NCBI GenBank assembly: GCA_965223295.1
Contig: CBDCWC010000003.1
Span: 256,001 to 320,000, forward strand
From: Nitrospirales bacterium
Lineage (GTDB): Bacteria > Nitrospirota > Nitrospiria > Nitrospirales > UBA8639
Length of the DNA: 64,000 bases
Direction: 5' to 3'
Part shown: positions 38,312 to 47,504 of the stretch, in pieces
Layout of the letters: each line of letters starts with the position of its first letter
Numbering within the stretch: position 1 is the stretch's first letter
Made by a program: the position numbers and the translations under genes
The notes under the pieces: generated by a model
Told to the model about the DNA's origin: nothing
Databases searched by the model: none
The model's input: the letters and a program-made list of their open reading frames with translations, nothing else

Positions 38312-39673
38312 TCAAAGCGCTCCTTGAAGAGACACCATAATAGAGTTGGCATAGAAATCAAATTGGTTAACGTTGGAAAACCGTCTCTGGAAAATGTATT
38401 CTAGCCGAAACCCTAACCATTTCACAGTTCGGTAATCCAATCCTAGTCTGCTAGTTATCTGATTATCGCGTCTATCTGACCTAAGTCCACTATTTGATTG
38501 ATCGTTAAACTTATTGTTGACAAATCTCATTCCACCTCTCAATGCAGCACGTTTTCCCATCTGTTGTGTCGCTAGAAGAGAAGCTCCGGTTTGTGTGATG
38601 ACAGAACTTGAAAACACACCAGATTGACGATTTCCCCGAAAAGCACCAAGGTTCATATTGAACCTCGAAGTAGGATTCCAATTAAGGTTTCCTTGCATAA
38701 AGAATATATCGTTCCCCTGCCCACCATCACTAAAACGCGAACCCGCTGGCTGAGTGATCGGGGCATGATCAAAATTTAGAACTTGGTACCCAGCACGAAA
38801 TTCTCCTGAAAGCCGACTGGTCGCAGCTAACCGCACGCCTGTACTGATCGTATACGAGAAGCTGTCCAACTGGTTATTTTCTTCAAAATCATTGTCATTG
38901 ATTTCGAAACTTAACAACGGAGCAATCTTTGGAGAAACAGGAACAAAAAAGGTCGCATCTGCTCCCGTTGATCGTAGATCTCGAATGGGCGCCTGGTTAT
39001 TATTTTCATAGTTCCATTTCGTGAAAAAAAACCTAAATCTAAATCCTATTTGAGATCCCAGTTTCTCCACTTGCCCAACGAAGGAATCCGTATTCCATGT
39101 CGTCAGATCTCTTTGTTGAAGGTCAAATTCAGAACCTCTCTGATCAAATCCCTCAATATGACCGCCTTTTAACTTGACTTTTAACCCGACAGGAAAATCT
39201 AAATTTAATTGACCCATAACTTCTTGGCTCAAAGCATTATTTTCTGAGAAACGTTGAAAATACTGTTGACTCGCGCGATAGTCAGCCATCAGCTGATGCC
39301 GCCCACCAAAAGGAAGAATGGCTTGAAGTCCAGGAGAAATGTTATAAATAAAATCACTACGTCTTCTTTTGTCAATTCTAAAAATATTATCTGAATAGAT
39401 TACTGCCCCACCCAAAAATGGATGCAGTATTACCGGACCTGCCCTTAAGCCCGTTCCAGGAAAATTTCTGAGAAAAGAAATCTGGTGAAATGGTGCAGCA
39501 CCTCCAGTGAATGCATATGAAGCTTGGGAAACTTGCGCCCAGCACCTTTCAGAGGGTTCTATGAAAGAAAATCCTAGATAGAGACAAAAAACATATACCC
39601 AACATCTCCTTGACCGCAGCCAGGTTGATCCACCTCTGACTAATATTTCGCTGGACTGAGATTTATGCCCCAT
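38312..39673 (-). CDS. EPS-associated outer-membrane beta-barrel protein
   Basis: Signal region; GP..LHP......YSDNIF; amphipathic Asn/Gln/Phe/Tyr-rich strands; C-terminal strand NSIMVSLQGAL. Confidence 0.8.
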   Translation of the reverse strand: MGHKSQSSEILVRGGSTWLRSRRCWVYVFCLYLGFSFIEPSERCWAQVSQASYAFTGGAAPFHQISFLRNFPGTGLRAGPVILHPFLGGAVIYSDNIFRIDKRRRSDFIYNISPGLQAILPFGGRHQLMADYRASQQYFQRFSENNALSQEVMGQLNLDFPVGLKVKLKGGHIEGFDQRGSEFDLQQRDLTTWNTDSFVGQVEKLGSQIGFRFRFFFTKWNYENNNQAPIRDLRSTGADATFFVPVSPKIAPLLSFEINDNDFEENNQLDSFSYTISTGVRLAATSRLSGEFRAGYQVLNFDHAPITQPAGSRFSDGGQGNDIFFMQGNLNWNPTSRFNMNLGAFRGNRQSGVFSSSVITQTGASLLATQQMGKRAALRGGMRFVNNKFNDQSNSGLRSDRRDNQITSRLGLDYRTVKWLGFRLEYIFQRRFSNVNQFDFYANSIMVSLQGAL

Positions 39674-39947
39674 TCATACTCACCCACGGTAATTTTTTCT
39701 TGGGATTAGAGATTTCAACATACAGATCCCACAATAAGAACCCTATTTCTCAAATGCAAACATGATTTTCCCAACTAGGGTGGGAGTTAGGAGGAAGAAT
39801 TTGACTAGAAGCTAGAAGCCTATACGGCATACTCCCAAGTAGTTACAATCACTTTTATCACGATTGCTGATTTTGTGCGACGGATGCAGGAGGATTTCTT
39901 TTTCTTACAGTGCCTCAAGGCGATCAAAAATAAACGGTTGTTCTCTA

Positions 39948-40036
39948 TGGTGCCGGAGCCCGGACTTGAACCGGGACGGGCCGTTAAGCCCGAGGGATTT
40001 TAAGTCCCTTGCGTCTGCCTATTCCGCCACTCCGGC
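39948..40036 (-). tRNA. tRNA-Leu(TAA)
   Basis: GCCGGAGTGGCGGAATAGGCAGACGCAAGGGACTTAAAATCCCT...GGTTCAAGTCCGGGCTCCGGCACCA: anticodon loop CTTAAAA, long variable arm, encoded CCA. Confidence 0.97.
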
Positions 40037-40141
40037 ATGAAGCAGGATCCCGGAGCAGACTCTACCACTCCGTGAAAACGCAGGGCAAGATTTCTCAGGC
40101 GCATCTCAGGCTTTCCATGATTACCATGGCTTTTTTCGTAG

Positions 40142-40177
40142 AAAAAAAAGGAGGATGCGAAATCTTCGCATCCTCCT
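40142..40177 (-). terminator. Rho-independent terminator after the Pal/OmpA gene
   Basis: Stem AGGAGGATGCGAA/TTCGCATCCTCCT followed by a T run on the minus strand. Confidence 0.8.
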
Positions 40178-40227
40178 CTAACAAACACATCAAATCACCC
40201 CATTCATCAAGGGGGTAAATGGTGAAT

Positions 40228-41373
40228 TTACGATTGATTCATTCGTACCACCATATGACTTCGACGATTTTCTTGAAAGCAATTCTCATTGGAATCCTGA
40301 CAGGCAGGTCGTTCTTTGCCATAGGACACGATTTTAATTCGATGTCTCTGCACGCCCAAATTCACTAAATATTCTCGGGCTGCTTCTGCTCGTTTTTTCC
40401 CAAGCACAAGATTGTAATCTTGCGTTCCTCGTTGATCACAATGACCCTCAATCGTTAAGGCTTTCGTAGGATTCGCATGCAGCCATTGGGCACCTTCCTC
40501 CAGATAGCGTGCGGCCTCATTGGAAATACTCCAACTGTCAAACCCAAAGTATATATCATGCACACGACCTCCAGATCCACTGCTAGAGTTACTGGTGCCA
40601 AAAGGTTCTATCTCTGACTCCCTCATCCGCATCGAACCGGAGTCTCTATTATCATTGGCTTGGGCAATGTTCGAATCGGGATTAACATATTCTGGCGACG
40701 GTCCGCCGTTTTCCCGCAGATAAGCTTGAGCCCACGATTCTGGATTAGATTCCATGGCAGAAGCCGAGCTATCACTAAATCCATCCACAGCGCCGTAATT
40801 GGGCCCACTTCCTGGGACTCCCGAATAATCATGCCCATAGTTTGAACGGCTTCCAATTCCACTTCCGTTGGAATCGCCGTTTGATGAGGGATCTCCATAA
40901 AACTCTTGACTGCTCTCGCCTCCTCGCAGATACGCATTCGCCCAGGCTTCGGGATCTGGATTGCTTGACGCTGCTGACCCACTTCCAAAGCCGGTGACTG
41001 GACCATGGTTAGGACCGGAACCATTCACCCCACCATATTGCTGTCCATAATCGGAGCCACTCCCTGGTTCTGATGAAGCTCCCCCATTCATATCTGAGTC
41101 CCCATCTCCACTATTTGACAAATTCGGTGACAATCCCTGACCTGTTCCAGAGTACGGACGACTGCCGTTCACTCTGCCCCCCTGCATCGTTGTGCCATCA
41201 GCGTTGCGAACCATTCTATCGGCAGTCCCATTCATTTCCTCTTCGCTAGAGATCATCTCATCGCCCTCTGAATTTGCTCCATATTCTAGGGAATGCCCAC
41301 TACACCCTGAGACCATAAAAGCCCCAAACACGATAGCAAGAAAAAGCCTATTGTTGGTTTGACTCACGCCCAT
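40228..41373 (-). CDS. Pal/OmpA-domain lipoprotein with long Gly/Ser-rich repeat linker
   Basis: Lipobox VSGC; DIYFGFDS, IEGHCDQRGTQDYNLVLGKKRA, SYGKERP, ENRR. Confidence 0.9.
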   Translation of the reverse strand: MGVSQTNNRLFLAIVFGAFMVSGCSGHSLEYGANSEGDEMISSEEEMNGTADRMVRNADGTTMQGGRVNGSRPYSGTGQGLSPNLSNSGDGDSDMNGGASSEPGSGSDYGQQYGGVNGSGPNHGPVTGFGSGSAASSNPDPEAWANAYLRGGESSQEFYGDPSSNGDSNGSGIGSRSNYGHDYSGVPGSGPNYGAVDGFSDSSASAMESNPESWAQAYLRENGGPSPEYVNPDSNIAQANDNRDSGSMRMRESEIEPFGTSNSSSGSGGRVHDIYFGFDSWSISNEAARYLEEGAQWLHANPTKALTIEGHCDQRGTQDYNLVLGKKRAEAAREYLVNLGVQRHRIKIVSYGKERPACQDSNENCFQENRRSHMVVRMNQS

Positions 41374-41760
41374 GAAATCCTCCTGGTGTAATGGTTTCTA
41401 GTTTCATTGAATTCTTGCATTTTCTACTCAATCTTCTTCGTGAACGACAGATGGAACATCTCCCTTTCATGGGGATGATGAACAAGCTGACATATTACCT
41501 TTGTCGGCATATCCAACTTGAAACTTAAGGACTCCCTATAACCGCACCAAATACCCGGGGACGTCTCTCATCTAGAGGCAACCCCCAAAGCAAGGGAGGC
41601 TGTAGGCACATCTTCAGTCAGTCTACAGTAAAGACCCACTGCCTAGGGGAAAGGGAAAGCAGGATGGCAAATCTGCCTTAAATATTGAGATAACCTATCT
41701 GGCTCAACATGAAGTTGAGGAATCAAAGCTACAGAAAAGGAGCCCGTAAGTTCTTACTGG

Positions 41761-42777
41761 CTACGAAGAGGAGAGAGACGGAAGGACCACAGTCTGGTAC
41801 CATTTCCAAAAACGGGCAACCCCCTCAGGAACAGAAGTCTGAGGATCGTACTGCAAAAGCTTTCGCGTCTTCGAAATATCTGCAAAGGTATAAGCAATAT
41901 CGGCACTCATCATGGGAGTCGAAGTTAATTTAGCATTACCTCCAGCTAACTGTTCAATGCCTTTTACAAAATCAGATAACAGGACAGGCTCTCCCCTACC
42001 TAGATTTAAGATTTCATAACCCAGAGGATGATCGACCGCTGATATAAGCCCACTGACAATGTCCTCGACATACGTCCAATCCCGATGCATATTGCCGTTG
42101 TTATAAAGAGGAACCTCGCAACCCGTAAAAATGTTATCCAACACTTTGTAGGCCATCATATCCGGACGGCCGCGCGGGCCATAGACCGTAAAAAATCGAA
42201 AGACAGTAGCATTCAGCCCATAAAGATGGTGGTACGTATAACACAACATCTCGCTGGCTCGCTTACTCGCTGCGTAAGGTGCTAACGGCAGCGCACAGGT
42301 GTCTTCGGGAACAAAGGGCACTGTTTTTGTATTTCCATAGACAGAAGAAGTCGATGCAAAAACAAATGTCGGAAAAATTTTAGAATTGGAAGACCCAATT
42401 CTTCCAACTGCCGCATCAAGTAAAGCCAGCGTTCCCATGACATTCACATCATAATATAAGCCAGGATCATCAATGGACACCCGCACACCCGCCATGGCTG
42501 CTAAGTGCACAATCGCATCAAATTCATGGTCGGAAAAAAGATCGGCAACGAGTTGCCGATCGCGAATGTCTCCCTTTAGAAACTGAAAGGTCCCAGGCCA
42601 CTTATTCTCCAGTGCCTGCTCTGTCACTTCACGAAGGTTGGATTCCTTTCGGGATGGATCATAATAATCATTCAAATTATCAAGTCCAATGACCTGATCT
42701 CCTCGTTTCACGAGTTGTTCAACCGCATGACTCCCAATGAACCCAGCTGCCCCCGTCACTAGTATTTTTTTGCTCAC
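41761..42777 (-). CDS. NAD-dependent epimerase (UDP-glucuronate 4-epimerase-like)
   Basis: GAAGFIG, DNLNDYY, HLAAMAGVR, YAASK, RFFTVYGPRGRPDM. Confidence 0.9.
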   Translation of the reverse strand: MSKKILVTGAAGFIGSHAVEQLVKRGDQVIGLDNLNDYYDPSRKESNLREVTEQALENKWPGTFQFLKGDIRDRQLVADLFSDHEFDAIVHLAAMAGVRVSIDDPGLYYDVNVMGTLALLDAAVGRIGSSNSKIFPTFVFASTSSVYGNTKTVPFVPEDTCALPLAPYAASKRASEMLCYTYHHLYGLNATVFRFFTVYGPRGRPDMMAYKVLDNIFTGCEVPLYNNGNMHRDWTYVEDIVSGLISAVDHPLGYEILNLGRGEPVLLSDFVKGIEQLAGGNAKLTSTPMMSADIAYTFADISKTRKLLQYDPQTSVPEGVARFWKWYQTVVLPSLSSS

Positions 42778-42948
42778 ATCACATCTCCCTACAAAATTTC
42801 GACAAACCTTTTGTTTTCATGAGAATTTTAACACCAAAGGCTTCATTTCGGTAACTTTCTTGAAAAGCTTAATCCTCGACAGCATGAAGACTTGCTGTCC
42901 CTCACCTATGTTGAGGGGCAATCGTTCCATTGTTACAATATCGACATC

Positions 42949-43251
42949 ATGAAAATTTCGGCCGCCAAAACCGTTGATATACCTGATACCCAAGAGACGA
43001 CGGATTTAGGAACCGGCAAGGATTTCGAAGCCGAAGTGGTCGTGTTCAACTGTGATTGTCATACCTACCAAGAAGTCATCACCTTATTTTGTCAAATTAT
43101 TCCAGGCATGACTCCCCCAAAAGCTTTTGAATTGGCATGGCAAATTGATCATCAAGGTAGTGCAATCGTCTTCCGTGGTGATATTAAGCAAGCCAATGAT
43201 ATTGGAAAGAAACTCGCAAGCGGGGGGTTACGTATTGAAGTCCGGCATTGA
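42949..43251 (+). CDS. clpS: ClpS-family adaptor protein
   Basis: VVVFNCDCHTYQEVI...AWQIDHQGSAIV...LASGGL fits the ClpS core. Confidence 0.75.
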   Translation: MKISAAKTVDIPDTQETTDLGTGKDFEAEVVVFNCDCHTYQEVITLFCQIIPGMTPPKAFELAWQIDHQGSAIVFRGDIKQANDIGKKLASGGLRIEVRH

Positions 43252-43281
43252 ATTCAAAATTTGAGATCTTGGAAACCGTAT

Positions 43282-43782
43282 TTATTTCTTTTTAGCAATG
43301 CGAGGTTTTTTAACAGCAACAATTTTTTTGGTTTGAGGTCTCGGCGAAACCGATTTTTTCTTAACTGGACTGCCTTTCTTTATTGATGCCTTTTTCGTGG
43401 AAGGCGGTTTCGTCGATTTTTGGGATACGATCGATTGGGACGTCTTCGTTTTTAACTTTAATTGTGACGACCTCTGGGCAGCAGCTTTTGGTTTTTTTGC
43501 TTTCCCTTTCGTGCCATTAGAATCCCCCAGAGGTAGCTTCCCAGCCTTTTCTTTACTCTTTGAGGCTTTAGAACCCGATTTTCCTGAACCATTAGAGGGC
43601 TTGGGATCAGGGAAGGAAGGCAGTTTTTTCTTTTTTAGAGCCTCCCCAGAAAAAACCTTCACTTGGTACAGTTCAAATAACAAATCAATAGATTTTTGAT
43701 CCCCTTTTCTTGCAAGAGTCAGAAGACGACGGCGCTGATTCATTTCCTCTTCTTCCGTATGGGAAGTTACTCGCCGTTCCAT
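43282..43782 (-). CDS. Lysine-rich basic hypothetical protein
   Basis: Short ordered N-terminus followed by a K/S/P/A-rich tail. Confidence 0.7.
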   Translation of the reverse strand: MERRVTSHTEEEEMNQRRRLLTLARKGDQKSIDLLFELYQVKVFSGEALKKKKLPSFPDPKPSNGSGKSGSKASKSKEKAGKLPLGDSNGTKGKAKKPKAAAQRSSQLKLKTKTSQSIVSQKSTKPPSTKKASIKKGSPVKKKSVSPRPQTKKIVAVKKPRIAKKK

Positions 43783-43982
43783 ATATTCAAACCCTTTCTT
43801 TGGTTAAAAGGCCACCATTGAGGCAACGAAATAGGCGGGATACTATCATACATGATTACCTTCCCTATTGGCAATATTCCCTAATGAACTTTTCTAGCAC
43901 TTCACAACTAATTAATGGTCAGAAGGAAGAGAAGGTAGGGAACCGGGAATTATGGGAGAGGTGATACGGAAAAGCGACATGC

Positions 43983-44028
43983 AAAACGTGTCAGTCCTCT
44001 TTTCGTTACTCGAAGAGGACTGGCACGT
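43983..44028 (-). terminator. Probable terminator hairpin after the TPR gene
   Basis: ACGTGTCAGTCCTCTT...AAGAGGACTGGCACGT stem with a short T run on the minus strand. Confidence 0.6.
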
Positions 44029-44071
44029 CTAGACAAGATTGACGGATGAAATTATTGGCAGCACAGTGGGC

Positions 44072-46366
44072 TCATAATGTTTCAAGCGTTGATTTCGCTT
44101 CGTCGGATCCTGGAAATTTTGGACTGAGTTGGAAGGCCGCCTCCAAGGTTTTTTTAGCTTTCTCCTGGTCTCCATTTTTAAATTGGGCCATACCTAAATG
44201 ATACTGAACGACCGGATTTTCAGGTAACTTTTCTGCAGCCTCCTGCAACAGCGAAACAGCCTTTAAATAGGCATTCTTTTTATAATAGATCCATCCCAGC
44301 GTGTCAGCAATATGTGGATTGTCGGCTTGCTGCGCTCGCGCATTTTCAGCAAACGACAAGGCTTCATCTAAATTCCCGTCATTCTCAGACATGAGCCATG
44401 CAAGATTGTTTGCCGCTGGAGAAAACTTTGGTTCAATCTCTAACGTCTTTTTATAATGGGCCTGAGCCTTCTGGACTTCATTTTGTTGTTCCGCAATCAT
44501 CCCCAAAATCATATGTGCGGAAGCGGCCTTCGGATTTTTTTCTAAAAGTCGTTCATATTCTTGGACCGCTTCATCCGTTCGATTGGTTCGCCGATAGAGC
44601 TCAGCAAGATTCATATACGAGACCTGCAGTTGATCGTTAAGTTCTAACGATTTTTTGAACGCTTCTTCAGCCTTGTCTGCTTCATTCGCCTGCATCCAAA
44701 GCCCACCCAATAAATTATATAAAAATGGATTATCTGGCGAGAATTCAAGCTGTCGCTGCACACGGTCTCGAGCTTGAGCTGCCTCTCCGCGACTCACTCG
44801 TATGCTCGCAATTTGAGCAACAGCTTGGGCAAATTTCGGATTATGCTGTAAGGCCTCTTCAAAGTGAGCGAGAGCCGCATCGTATTGTTTATCCTGTCGA
44901 GCAATTAAACCCAATTGATAATGTGATGTTGGATCTTGTGGAATTTGCCTGACAATCGCTTCGTACACCTTTTTGGCCTGTGAAATATCTTTTTTCTTGA
45001 GATAGGCTTGACCTAATAAATGAACAGCTTGCACATCTCGAGGATTGAGCCGAATCGCTATCTGCGCTTCTTCAATAGCCAGCTTATAAGAACCCTCCGC
45101 CATATGGACTAAAGCCATAGCCTTACGGATTCCCCGATCTTGCGGAGCAAGTTTGACCGCTTCATTTAACTCTTGAATTGCCTGAGAGATATTCTGTTTT
45201 GTCGCAAATGCCACCCCTAAATATTGATGAGCCATCGCCTGGTTAGGCTCTTCTTTAATGACTTTTTGAAAAATAGGAATAGCCTCATCCGTCTGCCCTC
45301 TCCCTAACAACAAGCGGGCTTGGAAGACCTGGGGTAACGAATCATTCTGATCGGTTTTTAATGCCGCCGCGATTAACGGCTCAGCATCTTCCCATTGCCG
45401 ATTATCCAAGTGAAAATTGATCACGGCATTGCGAGCCGTTTTAGATTCTGGGTTAAGCGCAACGGCTTGTTGAAAATGTTCCAGCGCTTTAGCCCCTGCT
45501 CCCATAAATGTATAAAATTCCCCCAATAAAATTTGAGGTGTTTCATAAGCAGGCTTTCGATTGGCAAATTTCTGGTACACCTCTTCAGCTTTTTTCCACT
45601 GTTGACTTGCCACATAATATTTGCCTAATTTTGTATAGTAACGATCATTGTCGGGGTCTAACTCTAAGGCTCCCTGAAATTGTGCTTCTGCCTCATCCTG
45701 TTTGCCTTGTAGGAGCAGCAAATCACCCTTGGCTAATATGAGCACCGTTGAGGTTTTATTTCGTTCGAGTCCTTGCTCCAAGCTCGCTTCAGCCTCTTCT
45801 GGTTTTTTCATCGCTAGATAGGCTCGCGCCAAATCAAGATAGATCTGTTCATTATCGGGATCCAACTCTAGCGATTTTTTCAATTCGGCTATACCGGCCT
45901 CAAATTCTTTCTCCACGATCAAACTACGACCACGAAGCAAATGTCCTTTAGGATCTTGAGGGGAAGACGCTAAAACAATATCGGCTCGCTCTTTGGCTTT
46001 TTTAGGTTTCTGGGACAGCAAATAAAACTCTCCCAATTTTAATTGGGCATCGTGAATGGTCGGATCAATCTCCACAGCCTTCGTCAGTTCTCCAAAGGCC
46101 GCCCGTAAGTCCGGCATCCCTCCGAGCTTCAAATGGATAAGGGCTAGTTGATGATAGGCATTGGCATCACTGGGATCTAATTGGATAATATTCTTAAATT
46201 CGATAAGAGCTTCTTGATACTTTTCCTCGGTAAAATAGGCCATGCCTCGCTCATAATGCTTGGCCTTCTTTTCCTCCGCAGACAATTGTGTGCAATTCCC
46301 CAAACTCACCAACAGCAATGGTAAGGCCAAGGAAAGAAACAATCCGGTCAACCGTATCCGTGGCAT
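44072..46366 (-). CDS. Large TPR-repeat exported protein (PrsT-like)
   Basis: Signal/lipoprotein-like N-terminus, many TPR repeats, C-terminal AANNLAW...DTLGWIYY...YHLGMA pattern typical of PrsT-like proteins. Confidence 0.85.
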   Translation of the reverse strand: MPRIRLTGLFLSLALPLLLVSLGNCTQLSAEEKKAKHYERGMAYFTEEKYQEALIEFKNIIQLDPSDANAYHQLALIHLKLGGMPDLRAAFGELTKAVEIDPTIHDAQLKLGEFYLLSQKPKKAKERADIVLASSPQDPKGHLLRGRSLIVEKEFEAGIAELKKSLELDPDNEQIYLDLARAYLAMKKPEEAEASLEQGLERNKTSTVLILAKGDLLLLQGKQDEAEAQFQGALELDPDNDRYYTKLGKYYVASQQWKKAEEVYQKFANRKPAYETPQILLGEFYTFMGAGAKALEHFQQAVALNPESKTARNAVINFHLDNRQWEDAEPLIAAALKTDQNDSLPQVFQARLLLGRGQTDEAIPIFQKVIKEEPNQAMAHQYLGVAFATKQNISQAIQELNEAVKLAPQDRGIRKAMALVHMAEGSYKLAIEEAQIAIRLNPRDVQAVHLLGQAYLKKKDISQAKKVYEAIVRQIPQDPTSHYQLGLIARQDKQYDAALAHFEEALQHNPKFAQAVAQIASIRVSRGEAAQARDRVQRQLEFSPDNPFLYNLLGGLWMQANEADKAEEAFKKSLELNDQLQVSYMNLAELYRRTNRTDEAVQEYERLLEKNPKAASAHMILGMIAEQQNEVQKAQAHYKKTLEIEPKFSPAANNLAWLMSENDGNLDEALSFAENARAQQADNPHIADTLGWIYYKKNAYLKAVSLLQEAAEKLPENPVVQYHLGMAQFKNGDQEKAKKTLEAAFQLSPKFPGSDEAKSTLETL

Positions 46367-46682
46367 ATATCTACTCCCTTCCCTGAATAAAACATTTTTC
46401 ACGACATGAAAAATCTGACTTCGGAAAATCCCACAAGTTTCCTTAGGTATTTTTTTATTTTGACAGACTCGTTCTCTTAAGACCAGAGTTCTTCTCTTCA
46501 TCAAGAGTGGAATTTTTCAGAAAGGCCCTCAATCGACCCTAGATATCAATAATTCTTGAAGTGGTCAATTGACAGCTCGAAGAATCCATCATTATAGTCT
46601 TTTGACATTTTTCTTGCATACCATTCAAAGCTTTGACCCTACTTCGTTTAATCGTTTAACGGCTCACCAAAAGGTACTCCTC

Positions 46683-47504
46683 ATGACACAAGACACGACC
46701 CCCTATTCACTTGATCAGATCGGCTATACACTCGTCAGATTCAATAGCACAGGAATCTTTGAAACTCACAAAGATCATATGGTCGATCCCTACGCCGCCA
46801 CGCGAATGCCAAAAGGTCCTCAGGTAGAAGGCATTCAATATGCTCCACAAGGCACCACCACACTCCTCCCAGTCTTGGTGGTCCTGCATGATCAATGGGG
46901 CTCAACCTCAACCATTCACGAATTAGCCAAAGGCTTGTCATGCCATGGATATGTGGTCATGATTCCTAACCTTTATGGACGCCAGGGTGGAATGGTCACA
47001 GCGAATACAGAGGTAGCTGAAGCTTTGATGGAACGCCTCAATGAGGAACATGCACTCCAGGACATCCATGCTTGTTTTGAATATCTCAATTCCAATTTGG
47101 CTGAAGACACGTCGCTGGACCGAACAGTACCTAATGCTCATGCGGTCATAGGATTTGGTATGGGTGGGACCTTGGCGATTCAAACAGCAACTCACCGACG
47201 CCGGCTCCAAGCCGCGGTGGCAATTGGAGGTTCACTTCCCGGCGATCCGGAAAAAGTGGCACAGGGTCTATACTGTCCCTTGATGATGCACCAACCTGGA
47301 CAAGATTCACAAGCATCTTCTGATGAACTTGATCAATTTTGTCAATGGGCCAAAAACGCCGAAAAAACCGTTGAAGTTCAGACGTACAATGAAGCCTCTC
47401 CTGGGTTCTGGTATCCAAACTCACCAAATTACCGGGCTTCTGATCTAGAAAATGCCTTACAGAAGTCAGTGGATTTTATCAGCCGTTTTCTCAAAAAATC
47501 CTGA
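46683..47504 (+). CDS. Dienelactone hydrolase-family protein with degenerate active site
   Basis: VVLHDQWG, GYVVMIPNLY; GFGMGG in place of GFCxGG; PGF in place of HGF. Confidence 0.8.
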   Translation: MTQDTTPYSLDQIGYTLVRFNSTGIFETHKDHMVDPYAATRMPKGPQVEGIQYAPQGTTTLLPVLVVLHDQWGSTSTIHELAKGLSCHGYVVMIPNLYGRQGGMVTANTEVAEALMERLNEEHALQDIHACFEYLNSNLAEDTSLDRTVPNAHAVIGFGMGGTLAIQTATHRRRLQAAVAIGGSLPGDPEKVAQGLYCPLMMHQPGQDSQASSDELDQFCQWAKNAEKTVEVQTYNEASPGFWYPNSPNYRASDLENALQKSVDFISRFLKKS

